From an uncultured virus (IMG/VR IMGVR_UViG_3300025288_000019) (lineage: Duplodnaviria > Heunggongvirae > Uroviricota > Caudoviricetes > Schitoviridae): a DNA stretch of 64,000 nucleotides. The notes under the pieces are model-generated. The model was not told the origin of the DNA. It ran no database searches and saw only the letters and a program-made list of their open reading frames with translations. Below are positions 36,691-46,553 of the stretch, in pieces (position 1 is the first letter of the stretch; the number at the start of each line of letters is the position of its first letter). The stretch lies in IMG/VR virus record IMGVR_UViG_3300025288_000019; one strand, given 5' to 3'. The translations under genes and the position numbers were made by a program.

Positions 36691-37893
36691 ATGGCAGACA
36701 ATCTTGAAGATAACGAGCTAGACACAACTAATGTTGAAGAAGATAATACTGAAGAAGATAATACTGAAGAAGACAGTAATGTTTTAGATATGTCTGATGA
36801 AGACTTCCTTAACTTATCCAACAATTCTACTGCTAATTCCAACACTGCCACAACAGAAGCAGAAGTTGAAAAACAAGAAGAAAGTGATGAAGTTAGTAAC
36901 ACACCAACAGATAGTGAAGAAATAAATAAAACTGTTACAGAACCTCAAGATGAAGAAAAAAATACAACTTTACCCGATACAGCTAGTGCACAACTCACGT
37001 TAGATGACGCTAACCAGACTAAACCAGAAGACCAAGCAGATAAACAAACAAACACAGTTGTTATTGATTATAAAGTTGAATATGAAAAATTAATGGCACC
37101 ATTTAAAGCAAATGGTGTGCAAATGCAGGTTAAAAACACAGATGATGTTTTAACCTTGATGCAAATGGGAGCTAATTATCATAAGAAGATGGCAGGACTG
37201 AAGCCAGCTTTAAAGATAATGAAGCTACTTGAACAAAATGACTTAATGGATTCTAGTAAGATTAGCTATCTAATTGACTTGCATAAAAAGAATCCGGATG
37301 CTATAACAAAATTGATTAAAGATAGTGGGTTAGACCCATTATCTGTTGATATTGATTCAGAAAGTAAGTATAAACCCCCTAATAGAACAGTTTCTGACAC
37401 AGAGTTAGAGCTAGATGCAGTTCTTGAAGAAATAAAAGATACTCCAACTTATGCTAAGACTCTTAATGTTATAACTGAAAAATGGGATGGAAAAAGTCGT
37501 AATACAATTGCAAACAACCCTCATATTATTAGCGTAATCAATGGGCACGTTGCAAATGGTATTTATGACAAAGTAATGAATGCTGTTGAGTACGAGCGAA
37601 GTTTTGGTAGACTAATAGGTATTTCAGATTTTGATGCTTACAAGATGGTTGGTGATGCACTACAATCACAAGGGCAACTCAATATTGAACAACCTGTAGC
37701 AACTACAAAGCAAATGCAAACTCCAGCAAAAGTAGCAAATAAAATCACAGAAGAACAGCGTAGTGCTGCAAAAAAAGCTGTCAGTCCTACGCAGAGTGTA
37801 AAAACATCTGGCACACTGACAGACTTTAACCCTCTAGCTATGTCTGATGAAGAATTTATGAAGTTAGAGAAGTCTAAATTTATTAAGCGATAA
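36691..37893 (+). CDS. N4 gp57-like protein (scaffold-like; often annotated tape measure)
   Basis: Acidic N-terminus with EEDNT repeats; PFKANG, LMQMGANY; MSDEDF and MSDEEF at the two ends. Confidence 0.8.
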   Translation: MADNLEDNELDTTNVEEDNTEEDNTEEDSNVLDMSDEDFLNLSNNSTANSNTATTEAEVEKQEESDEVSNTPTDSEEINKTVTEPQDEEKNTTLPDTASAQLTLDDANQTKPEDQADKQTNTVVIDYKVEYEKLMAPFKANGVQMQVKNTDDVLTLMQMGANYHKKMAGLKPALKIMKLLEQNDLMDSSKISYLIDLHKKNPDAITKLIKDSGLDPLSVDIDSESKYKPPNRTVSDTELELDAVLEEIKDTPTYAKTLNVITEKWDGKSRNTIANNPHIISVINGHVANGIYDKVMNAVEYERSFGRLIGISDFDAYKMVGDALQSQGQLNIEQPVATTKQMQTPAKVANKITEEQRSAAKKAVSPTQSVKTSGTLTDFNPLAMSDEEFMKLEKSKFIKR

Positions 37894-37918
37894 TTTTATC
37901 GTTATAGGAGATACGACA

Positions 37919-39490
37919 ATGGCTTTTGAAAACGCTCAAGTTTACGGTACTGGAAGTAATTCTAGTATCGGGGCAACCCAGATGAACACAAAGTATTATG
38001 AGAAAAAAGCTCTTATAGAGTTAGCTAAAGAAACCTATTTTGGCCAATTGGCAGATACGATTTCTATGCCAAAACACATGGGTAAAACTATTAAACGGTA
38101 TCATTATCTTCCTCTTTTAGATGATGCAAATATCAATGATCAAGGTATTGACGCTAATGGGGTAGGTTCTGATGATACTAGTTATGAGTGCTCCGTAGCT
38201 GTAACTATGTCTGACGGGTCTATCCCGCGAATTCCACCTTATTATGGGCGTTCAGTAGATAATAAAGTATACTTTACTGGTATTGGCACTAACGGAGCGG
38301 CTGCTGAAACTAACTGTATTGCAAAGTTGATTTCTTGGTGCACAGCTGATGTAGAAGGTGGTGGTAGAGCTACCGCTTGTATCGATGCTGCTGCTTTTGC
38401 TGTACTAATGACAGCCGGTGGCGCATTGTTTGACGCTGGGTTTAGATTTACTGACAAAGCAGGTAATACTTTAACTGTATTAACTGGATTAGACGCTCTT
38501 GCTGTACCTCACAGTGGAAATTTGTATGGTTCTAGTAAAGATATTGGAACTATCTCTGGCAAGTTGCCTGTACTATCTGAGACAGGTGGTAGAATAAATC
38601 GTGTAGGCTTTAAGCGTTTTGAAATTAACGGTACGATAGCTAAGTTTGGTTTCTTTGACGAGTATACACAAGAATCTCTTGATTTTGATTCTGATGACCA
38701 GTTAGAAGAGCATATCAATCGAGAAATGCTGCGTGGTGCTAATGAAATCACTGAAGATGCTTTGCAGATTGACCTGATTAATGCAGCAGGTGTCGTGCGT
38801 TATGGTTCAAACACTGTTACATCTACTGCAGGAGTAACTTCTGCACCTACGGGTACTGCTACCACTGTAGCACAAATGTCTGGTGTTGCAGCTTCTTGCA
38901 CGGAAGTTAGTTATACTGACATTATGAAACTCAGCATTGACCTGGACAATAACAGATGCCCTAAGAGTACCAAGGTTATTACTGGCAGCCGCATGGTTGA
39001 CACGAAAGTTGTTAATGCGGGCAGGGTTATGTTTATTGGGTCTGAGTTACAGCCTACCTTAGAAAGACTCAATGATTACCACGGGAATCAGGCGTTTATT
39101 CCTGTAGCTCATTATGCTGATGCAGGCACTGTAGTAAATGGAGAAATTGGTACTATTGGTAACTTCAGGATTGTTGTTGTTCCTGAAATGCTGCATAAAG
39201 CTGGTGTCGGTATTGCTGAAGATGTTAATGCTGGTTATCGTGTAACTGATGGTAAGTATGATGCTTACCCAATGTTAGTTGTAGGTAGTGAGGCATTTAC
39301 GACGATTGGTTTTCAGACTGATGGTAAATCGTCTAAGTTTAAGATTTTCCATAAAAAGCCTGGCGAATCAGCTGCAGATAGAAATGATCCTTATGGTGAA
39401 ACTGGATTTATGTCTATTAAATGGTACTATGGCTTTATGCCTCTTCGAAGCGAAAGAATTGCGGTACTTTGGTCAGTAGCTCGCTGGTAA
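37919..39490 (+). CDS. Major capsid protein (N4 gp56-like) with a large insertion
   Basis: MPKHMGK, NDQGID, GNLYGSSKDIG, DPYGETGFMSIKWYYG. Confidence 0.95.
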   Translation: MAFENAQVYGTGSNSSIGATQMNTKYYEKKALIELAKETYFGQLADTISMPKHMGKTIKRYHYLPLLDDANINDQGIDANGVGSDDTSYECSVAVTMSDGSIPRIPPYYGRSVDNKVYFTGIGTNGAAAETNCIAKLISWCTADVEGGGRATACIDAAAFAVLMTAGGALFDAGFRFTDKAGNTLTVLTGLDALAVPHSGNLYGSSKDIGTISGKLPVLSETGGRINRVGFKRFEINGTIAKFGFFDEYTQESLDFDSDDQLEEHINREMLRGANEITEDALQIDLINAAGVVRYGSNTVTSTAGVTSAPTGTATTVAQMSGVAASCTEVSYTDIMKLSIDLDNNRCPKSTKVITGSRMVDTKVVNAGRVMFIGSELQPTLERLNDYHGNQAFIPVAHYADAGTVVNGEIGTIGNFRIVVVPEMLHKAGVGIAEDVNAGYRVTDGKYDAYPMLVVGSEAFTTIGFQTDGKSSKFKIFHKKPGESAADRNDPYGETGFMSIKWYYGFMPLRSERIAVLWSVARW

Positions 39491-39510
39491 AAGCTACAGA
39501 TAAACTCAAC

Positions 39511-39540
39511 AGCACCTCTCCTGTAAAAAGGAGAGGTGCT
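39511..39540 (+). terminator. Terminator-like hairpin after the MCP
   Basis: 12-bp stem agcacctctcct/aggagaggtgct. Confidence 0.75.
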
Positions 39541-39569
39541 TACCTTTACAGTAACCTGACACAAATAAG

Positions 39570-40184
39570 GTGACCCACATGAACGAAGATATGGATAAAA
39601 CCAGCGTTAACCCAGAAGATGCTATCCCGGATGAACTTACTCTGTTAAAAGAAAGAGCTGACATAATGGGTATTAAATATCACCCATCTATTGGGGTAGA
39701 CTCATTAAAAGCTAAAATAAATACTGCTTTAGCAGATCCACCTGTAAAAGATATTCCAGTATCTAAAACGGAATCTGCCAAAATAGCACCACCTGTGCTA
39801 TCACAGGAAGCTTTAACCCAACAGTACCACACAAAATTACGCAAAGAAGCACACAAACTCATACGTGTACGCATTACTTGTATGAATCCTAATAAGAAAG
39901 ACTTTCCTGGTGAAATTTTTAGTGTTAGTAATGCTATTATCGGTACAGTAAAGAAATTTATTCCTTATAACGCTGAAGCTGGTTACCATATCCCATATGT
40001 ATTATATGAAAATTTAAAAGAAAGGCAATTCCAGCATTTTTCGACAGTTGAGCTCCCTGGTGGCAAAGTAAAAATAGAGACTAAGCTGGTTAAAGAATTC
40101 GCTATTGAAATCCTTGAGCCACTCACTAAAGAAGAATTGGCCGAGCTTGCAACACGTCAGGCTCTGAATCATAGTGTTGATTAA
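39570..40184 (+). CDS. N4 gp55-like protein
   Basis: LKERADIMGIKYHPSIG, RVRITCMNPNK, EILEPLT.EEL. Confidence 0.8.
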   Translation: MTHMNEDMDKTSVNPEDAIPDELTLLKERADIMGIKYHPSIGVDSLKAKINTALADPPVKDIPVSKTESAKIAPPVLSQEALTQQYHTKLRKEAHKLIRVRITCMNPNKKDFPGEIFSVSNAIIGTVKKFIPYNAEAGYHIPYVLYENLKERQFQHFSTVELPGGKVKIETKLVKEFAIEILEPLTKEELAELATRQALNHSVD

Positions 40185-40194
40185 GGTATAAACA

Positions 40195-41232
40195 ATGTCA
40201 CTACCTAATTTAGATATTATTGCTTTAAACCCAGGATTAGATGGTAACGATCCACAAATTGAACTGCTAACTACAACTAGCATTGATGGTACAGGAGTTT
40301 TTGACCAGTTAATGCGTACAGTCAAACTGCATCTCTCTGAAGAATACAATGCAGGTAGAATTACTGGTAAAGAGTATTCAACAGTATATATTGGTGCATT
40401 AACTGCTGTGCTACAACAAGCAGTAGCATATATTGAGCAATTCCAAAATACTGCTAAAATTAACGCAGAAGTAGGTTTAATCCACCAGCAGATTGTTACA
40501 GAACTAGCAAATACATCTGATTACATACTGTCTGGTTTAGGTTTTGGTAACGCTGGTGCAGTTGGTGGTTTAGTTGGCAGCAAAAAAGCTATTGATTTAT
40601 TACAAGCAAATTTGGTTGAAGCACAAGTAGAAAAATCTAATAAAGAAGTCGTACTTATAGGGCAACAAATTATTACTGAATTAGCACAGACTAGTTCAAC
40701 TGAAGCTATCCCTAGTGGATATGGGTTAAACTCAGGTACTACTATAGACGGATTGGCTAAAGCGCAAAGATTAAAACTTGACGCAGAAACCGATTTAACT
40801 AAGCAAAAAGTTGTGACTGAAGTTGCTCAGGTATCCGATACACTGCCTAGTCTAAGCTATGCTAAGCACGCTACGCTAAGTGTAGCTGGTATAGCTGTAG
40901 AAGCTAAGAATAAAACTAATGCTGAAGCCAAACTGTTAAAACAAAAAATTGTTACAGAACTAGCACAGACATATGACCATATACCTAGTGGATACAGTAT
41001 AGACACTGGGCAGACAACTGTTAATGGAGTTATTGAGAAACAAAAACTATTATTTGCACAGCAAACTGATGGATTTAAGCGAGATGCCGAGCAAAAATTA
41101 GCAAAGTTAATGGTTGATTCCTGGTCAGTGCAGAAGACAGTAGATAGTAATACATTAGTAACGGGTACTAATTTAGACGCTGGTTCTATTGGTGCTGTAA
41201 TTGCTAAAGCAAAACTAGGCATTGGGGTGTAG
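40195..41232 (+). CDS. N4 gp54-like virion structural protein with internal repeats
   Basis: GTGVFDQLM..HL.EEY..GRITG, Q.DGFKRDAEQK. Confidence 0.8.
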   Translation: MSLPNLDIIALNPGLDGNDPQIELLTTTSIDGTGVFDQLMRTVKLHLSEEYNAGRITGKEYSTVYIGALTAVLQQAVAYIEQFQNTAKINAEVGLIHQQIVTELANTSDYILSGLGFGNAGAVGGLVGSKKAIDLLQANLVEAQVEKSNKEVVLIGQQIITELAQTSSTEAIPSGYGLNSGTTIDGLAKAQRLKLDAETDLTKQKVVTEVAQVSDTLPSLSYAKHATLSVAGIAVEAKNKTNAEAKLLKQKIVTELAQTYDHIPSGYSIDTGQTTVNGVIEKQKLLFAQQTDGFKRDAEQKLAKLMVDSWSVQKTVDSNTLVTGTNLDAGSIGAVIAKAKLGIGV

Positions 41233-41249
41233 ATAATAATATCTGGTTT

Positions 41250-41281
41250 AGTAAAAGGAGCTTCGGCTCCTTTTACTTTTT
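41250..41281 (+). terminator. Intrinsic terminator
   Basis: agtaaaaggagc-TTCG-gctccttttact followed by a T tract. Confidence 0.85.
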
Positions 41282-41292
41282 GAGGATTCTTA

Positions 41293-43560
41293 ATGGGAAT
41301 ATTTGGGAGTAAAACTAAAATCAATGTATTCTCTACTACCCTGCCATTAGCAGGGGGTAGTAAAGACTCTCTACATGATACTCTTCTGTATTCAATCGTA
41401 CAGGATATACCTTTTACGGACGCAATTAAGTACGAAACGCTAAATGGGATGGCCTCTAAAGTAGCGTCTATGTATAACTATGCTAGAGATTATTATACTC
41501 TTGGCTTACCCCAAGGTAGGCATGGCTCTCAATCTTTAATACCTGAAGCAGCCGTTAAGGCTAGAATAGAAGAAGACCAAGCTCCACCATATGGGGTATA
41601 TGTTGAATTTTGTTTAATGTCAATTTTAACAGCAGATTTAGCTGTACTACCTATTTTACGCAGAGAACGAAATTATAACCCAACAACAAATAGGATAACT
41701 GCATTTCCTCCTGATTTTAGAAAACCCTACACTGGTGTTGTTGCAGTAGACCAAATTGTATTTTCTACTGATATGGCAACATTTGACATAACGTACAAAA
41801 TATTCTCTTTAGCAACCCAACCTGAAGTATACCCTTCTACAACTGGGTGGTTTCCACCTTTTACTTACACAGAAACTTTTAATACAATTCCTAATTTAGT
41901 AATTGGGCGTACCTATGTAATTGCTAAATACTATGATTTAGACGTAAATTTAGTACCAATCAATCATGAAAAGTATTGGTATTATGATATTTCTACTAAT
42001 AAATATCCTGGTTTAACAGCACTAGCCACTAGCAATGAACATGACGCGTTCTTACCTGTTGTGCCTATTCGCTATAATAATGTTTCGCTTACTGAAGGTG
42101 CTGCTAAAAACACAGAATTATATGCTACAAGTAAAAAACTACTTAAAAAAGTCAGCATTGACATTGACCAACTAGGGTCAAAATTGAATGCTAATCCAGA
42201 CATATCTGAAATAGACCATGCCTATGTTATATTTGGTGTAAATTTACGCGATGCAGATGAAGCTGGTATTCACTATTTAGTTGAATTTTTTGATTATTTA
42301 TATGGTATATCAACATACACCCGGTTAGATTTTATTAAAACTTTAAGTGAACGGTCTGATTTAGCAGAAAATTCATTTAAATTTTTAGATGTACCTAACG
42401 CTGTAAGCGACCAGTCAGAATCATTTTCGTATAGTTCAGACTTAACTGTAAATGCAGTTAATGCGGTTGATTCTATAAGTATGCTAGAGCATGGTTTAGA
42501 CACACAAGTTAATTACACGTATATATCATCAACATTTAAAGCAGGTAGTATTGGTAAAGTAGGCACAGCAACAAAAGAATTATCTAGTATTCCTCATAAC
42601 ACAGCTACATTCTCATTTTCAAGAGTGACCGGTACTGAGTATTCAAAAGTAACCTTACGTTTACAAGTTACTACCACTCATTACAAAGAAGTTATAATAA
42701 CAGGACTAGTCCATATAAATAATATTTATAAAGGCCATAGTGTTTACACTTATATTTCAGATATAATAAATGATCCTGATGAAAACAATTTTATTATTCC
42801 TATTCATTACGCAGTAGCATTACAACTTCCTCCGCTAGTTAGGAATAAGCTATTCGCTGATTCTTTTATGCTAACTGTTAATAGCTATAAAAAAACTAAA
42901 GTTAAATGGTATCAAACAGGATGGGCTAGAGCACTTATTATGGTAGCTGGTATTGCTATTACAGTGTGGTCTTTAGGTACTATGGGGCCATGGGTAGCAG
43001 AAGCCATAACTGCACTTGAAGCTGGTTTAATCGCGTTTGTAATGTATATATTGCCAGCAGTATTATTAAGTGCTGCTTTATATTATGGTTCCCAGTTACT
43101 AATTAAACAAATAGGTGGTGAACTAGCCACTATTCTTGCTATTGTTATAGTAGTAGTTACATTTATATATAATCCAACTGGAGCTGTAACTATAGTTGGA
43201 ACGCAGATGCCAACAGCTCAGTTATGCTTGTCTGCCTCTGGTGCATTACTTTCAGCAGTTAATACTGATTTACAAAGGCAACTTTATGACGTGTCAAAAG
43301 AAACTGAGCTGCTCACTCGTGACATGCAGACAAAACAAGATGATCTTGATAGAGCACTTGAACTTTTGGATACTCGGTCAGATTTTAATCCTTTAACTTT
43401 TACTAATGTTATCAATTATAAGAGTGTACTAAATGAAACACCTACTACATTTTATAACCGCACAATTCACACTGGTAATATTGGTACTATTGTGTTAGAC
43501 ATTACTCATAACTATTACGATATTAGCTTAAAATTACCGAGTACCAAATCGTATATCTAG
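41293..43560 (+). CDS. N4 gp53-like virion protein with C-terminal TM helices
   Basis: MGIFGSK start, KVKWYQTG, hydrophobic C-half, ETP..FY.RT. Confidence 0.8.
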   Translation: MGIFGSKTKINVFSTTLPLAGGSKDSLHDTLLYSIVQDIPFTDAIKYETLNGMASKVASMYNYARDYYTLGLPQGRHGSQSLIPEAAVKARIEEDQAPPYGVYVEFCLMSILTADLAVLPILRRERNYNPTTNRITAFPPDFRKPYTGVVAVDQIVFSTDMATFDITYKIFSLATQPEVYPSTTGWFPPFTYTETFNTIPNLVIGRTYVIAKYYDLDVNLVPINHEKYWYYDISTNKYPGLTALATSNEHDAFLPVVPIRYNNVSLTEGAAKNTELYATSKKLLKKVSIDIDQLGSKLNANPDISEIDHAYVIFGVNLRDADEAGIHYLVEFFDYLYGISTYTRLDFIKTLSERSDLAENSFKFLDVPNAVSDQSESFSYSSDLTVNAVNAVDSISMLEHGLDTQVNYTYISSTFKAGSIGKVGTATKELSSIPHNTATFSFSRVTGTEYSKVTLRLQVTTTHYKEVIITGLVHINNIYKGHSVYTYISDIINDPDENNFIIPIHYAVALQLPPLVRNKLFADSFMLTVNSYKKTKVKWYQTGWARALIMVAGIAITVWSLGTMGPWVAEAITALEAGLIAFVMYILPAVLLSAALYYGSQLLIKQIGGELATILAIVIVVVTFIYNPTGAVTIVGTQMPTAQLCLSASGALLSAVNTDLQRQLYDVSKETELLTRDMQTKQDDLDRALELLDTRSDFNPLTFTNVINYKSVLNETPTTFYNRTIHTGNIGTIVLDITHNYYDISLKLPSTKSYI

Positions 43561-43571
43561 GAGGTTTAATC

Positions 43572-44129
43572 ATGAGTGACACATTATCGAACTGGCAAAA
43601 AATTCGATTACCATATCCAACTTATAAATATGGGAGTAATGCAAACAAAATTAGTCCAGCATACCTACCTACAAGTGGGTGGGATTCATCCAGAATGAAT
43701 ACTAACTCGAATATTGTAGATGCTACTGACCCATCATGGGGAGGAAATTCGAATTTGGGTGTAAATATCCAAGGGAACCTGGAAAATTTGGGTCAAGCTA
43801 ACTTTAGCAACATATTAGGTAATAACAGTGCGTTATCTTGGAACGGTGCATTTGGGGGAACAGACCCAATAAGCAAGCTGCACAATTCAGGATGGGTAAG
43901 CCCACTATTGCGGCTAGGTAAGGGTGGCTTAGACGCTTGGCTTGGCATACAGAAGCTGGGCTTGGCAAAAGATGACTTAAAATTTCAAAAAGATGCCTTT
44001 AGCAAACAGTTTGACACACAAAAAACACTTACTAACACTGAAATGGAAGATAGACAAAGAGCAAGAGTATCATTTAGCCCTGCTGCTGAGTCTGTAGACA
44101 GCTACATGGCACGAAACCGTGTTAAATAA
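43572..44129 (+). CDS. N4 gp52-like ejection protein
   Basis: FQKDAFSKQF..Q..LTNTEMEDRQRAR...SVDSYM. Confidence 0.8.
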   Translation: MSDTLSNWQKIRLPYPTYKYGSNANKISPAYLPTSGWDSSRMNTNSNIVDATDPSWGGNSNLGVNIQGNLENLGQANFSNILGNNSALSWNGAFGGTDPISKLHNSGWVSPLLRLGKGGLDAWLGIQKLGLAKDDLKFQKDAFSKQFDTQKTLTNTEMEDRQRARVSFSPAAESVDSYMARNRVK

Positions 44130-44141
44130 GGAGAATAGACT

Positions 44142-46544
44142 ATGGCTCCGATAACTTGGCAAAATATTCACGCACCAAATTTAAGTAATACTCTGTTACT
44201 GGGTCTTACATCTGCTGGGCAAGATTTTAATAATGCTTTTAATACCTGGCAAGGTGGTATTAGTAACTATCAAGCACTTGACGGGCGTAATTGGGAACAA
44301 ACTGCTAAAAATAATACTGCAGATTACACAGCTCAAATACAGCAATTTCAAAATTATAGTGATTTAGCTAACGCAGCGGGCAGATTTAGCCCTGCTACAC
44401 TACAAGCTACCCATGGTGTCCAACAAGATAGTGATGCTATTCAGAAGGCTTTTAACACACAAAAAGATGTGCTCAGTGGTAAAGCCATGAATGCTGGTTT
44501 TACAGATAGTGAAACAGCTTTTCAAAAAGATTTTGATCCAGCGAATGCTTTAATGGCATTCCAGAATAGCATGAGATCAGCAAAGGTTCCTGAAACTGAA
44601 ATACAGAAAAAAAGTGCAGAGTACCTAAATCAAACTGCTGAACAACATAAGTTACTCACAGATCAGATTATTGATAAGCACACACAGGAATTGCTACCAG
44701 AGGTAACAGCAGATAACTATAAGCAGGTAATACAAGATGGCATTGCTAAGTATGGCTCTCATCTGTTTAACCCGGCTAAGATTGAAGCACTAGGTAAAGA
44801 AAAAGAAACTACTCGAATTAACGATGTAACTGCTGCTAGTATTACTTTAGCTATGCAGAAACAAGATATTACCCCAGCAATTAGCAGTATTATAGGTAAT
44901 GAAAAGTTGCCTATTTCTACTCGGATAGCAGCAATGGAAAACTTACAAAAAGTTTTTAAAGATTCCATGTCTGTTACTCAAAAACAACTATTAGAAGCGG
45001 AACTTGCTAAAGCAACCGCTATGGGGCAATTTGAGAGAGATTCAAGAGAGACTGTAGATAATATTACAGCTAATAAAGTAAAATTGGAAAGAACAAACCC
45101 ACTTCTACTAGATATTAGAGATAAAGCAAAAGCTGACCCTACTGGAGATGTAACATATAATGGTATTGTATCCCAATTTGCAACAGAAGGCTGGTTTAAA
45201 AATTTACTCCCATCTGGAATGACTGTTGGTGATGAAGCTCAAAAAGCACTAGTAGACTTACGAACAGAATTTAGAAATGATCCTGAATTACCTGTAGGAG
45301 CCGGTGAACAAATTTTAGCTGCTACGTTACAAAGTGGGGTAGGGCAAGGTGAACCTTGGTATAGTAGTACACGCGCTATTGATATTGATAAATTTCGCTC
45401 TGCTGCAAAGCAAAATATGCAAGATTTTAAAACTCATGATGCGTTAAACACTGCTACTACTACTTTAGAAACAAAATTTAACAGAACTAAGCAAGATTTT
45501 GAAAATTCCATAAAAGAGGGTGTAATAAAGCATCAACTGAATGCTTTAAGTAATAATTTATCTGGTGTACCAACTAATGCTAGTGACACTATCAATGGTG
45601 AAGTACCATCAAACTATATTAAAGAAAAGACTACAACTGCTAGACAGGGTGCAGCAGAATTAAATAACCCTATGATGGCAGTTTATGTAGGACAGAAAGG
45701 GGCATCCCCCAGTAAAACGGTTAATGAAGATGGGCTTTCTTTTGCTCAATGGGCAACACTTGCAGAGGGAGAGCAAGCGGCAGTTTCACAATGGGAAAAA
45801 TATGCAAAGCGAGGGCTGACCCTAGAGCAAGCGTGGCTAACCGCTACTCCTGATACAAAAGCTAATCCTAACGTTAAACAGCATATACTTGATGGGGCTA
45901 AAGAGTTAGGGCTAGACCCTAAAAAACCTATACCAGCTGATAGACTTGAAGATGTAGCTATTGCACATGCTGCAAGAGAATCTACCATGTATAAAGGTAA
46001 AACTCCCTTTGAAGCGCGTAATACAACGCAAGCACAAACAGCAGAAGCTAAACTAAAGGATACAGTAAAAACAACCCAATCATTAGAACAAGCTAACCCC
46101 CAGTTAGTTATAGAAACACCAGCAAAAACAGAAACACCAGCAGATAAAGAAAAAGCTATAAGGTTAGCCTTAAATGGTACTGGCAGAGGTGGCACATTTT
46201 TAGATAATGTGGATAAATTTATGCAGCCTTTAAAAGACAGTGCAAATGAAGGTAGCGTAAAAGTGCAGACAAAGTTACAAAAAATAAGTGATGATGTATT
46301 AAATAAAAATAAAAATTTACCTGCTGATTCACAAATATTAAAGTATGCACTAAACGAAAACATAAATAGGATTAACGCAAATACTAAGTTGTCTAGCGCA
46401 GATAAATCACTACAAACTGCAGTGTTAAAACAAAAACGCAGAGAACTAGAAGAAACAACTGACCCAGATAAACTAGATGAAATTAAACTTACTATTAAAG
46501 CTATACTAGCTGATATTGCAAAAAGAAATACTAACGAAAGTTAA
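44142..46544 (+). CDS. N4 gp51-like internal virion/ejection protein
   Basis: MAPITWQNI start; position before vRNAP; Ala/Gln/Thr-rich. Confidence 0.75.
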   Translation: MAPITWQNIHAPNLSNTLLLGLTSAGQDFNNAFNTWQGGISNYQALDGRNWEQTAKNNTADYTAQIQQFQNYSDLANAAGRFSPATLQATHGVQQDSDAIQKAFNTQKDVLSGKAMNAGFTDSETAFQKDFDPANALMAFQNSMRSAKVPETEIQKKSAEYLNQTAEQHKLLTDQIIDKHTQELLPEVTADNYKQVIQDGIAKYGSHLFNPAKIEALGKEKETTRINDVTAASITLAMQKQDITPAISSIIGNEKLPISTRIAAMENLQKVFKDSMSVTQKQLLEAELAKATAMGQFERDSRETVDNITANKVKLERTNPLLLDIRDKAKADPTGDVTYNGIVSQFATEGWFKNLLPSGMTVGDEAQKALVDLRTEFRNDPELPVGAGEQILAATLQSGVGQGEPWYSSTRAIDIDKFRSAAKQNMQDFKTHDALNTATTTLETKFNRTKQDFENSIKEGVIKHQLNALSNNLSGVPTNASDTINGEVPSNYIKEKTTTARQGAAELNNPMMAVYVGQKGASPSKTVNEDGLSFAQWATLAEGEQAAVSQWEKYAKRGLTLEQAWLTATPDTKANPNVKQHILDGAKELGLDPKKPIPADRLEDVAIAHAARESTMYKGKTPFEARNTTQAQTAEAKLKDTVKTTQSLEQANPQLVIETPAKTETPADKEKAIRLALNGTGRGGTFLDNVDKFMQPLKDSANEGSVKVQTKLQKISDDVLNKNKNLPADSQILKYALNENINRINANTKLSSADKSLQTAVLKQKRRELEETTDPDKLDEIKLTIKAILADIAKRNTNES

Positions 46545-46553
46545 AGGGACACT

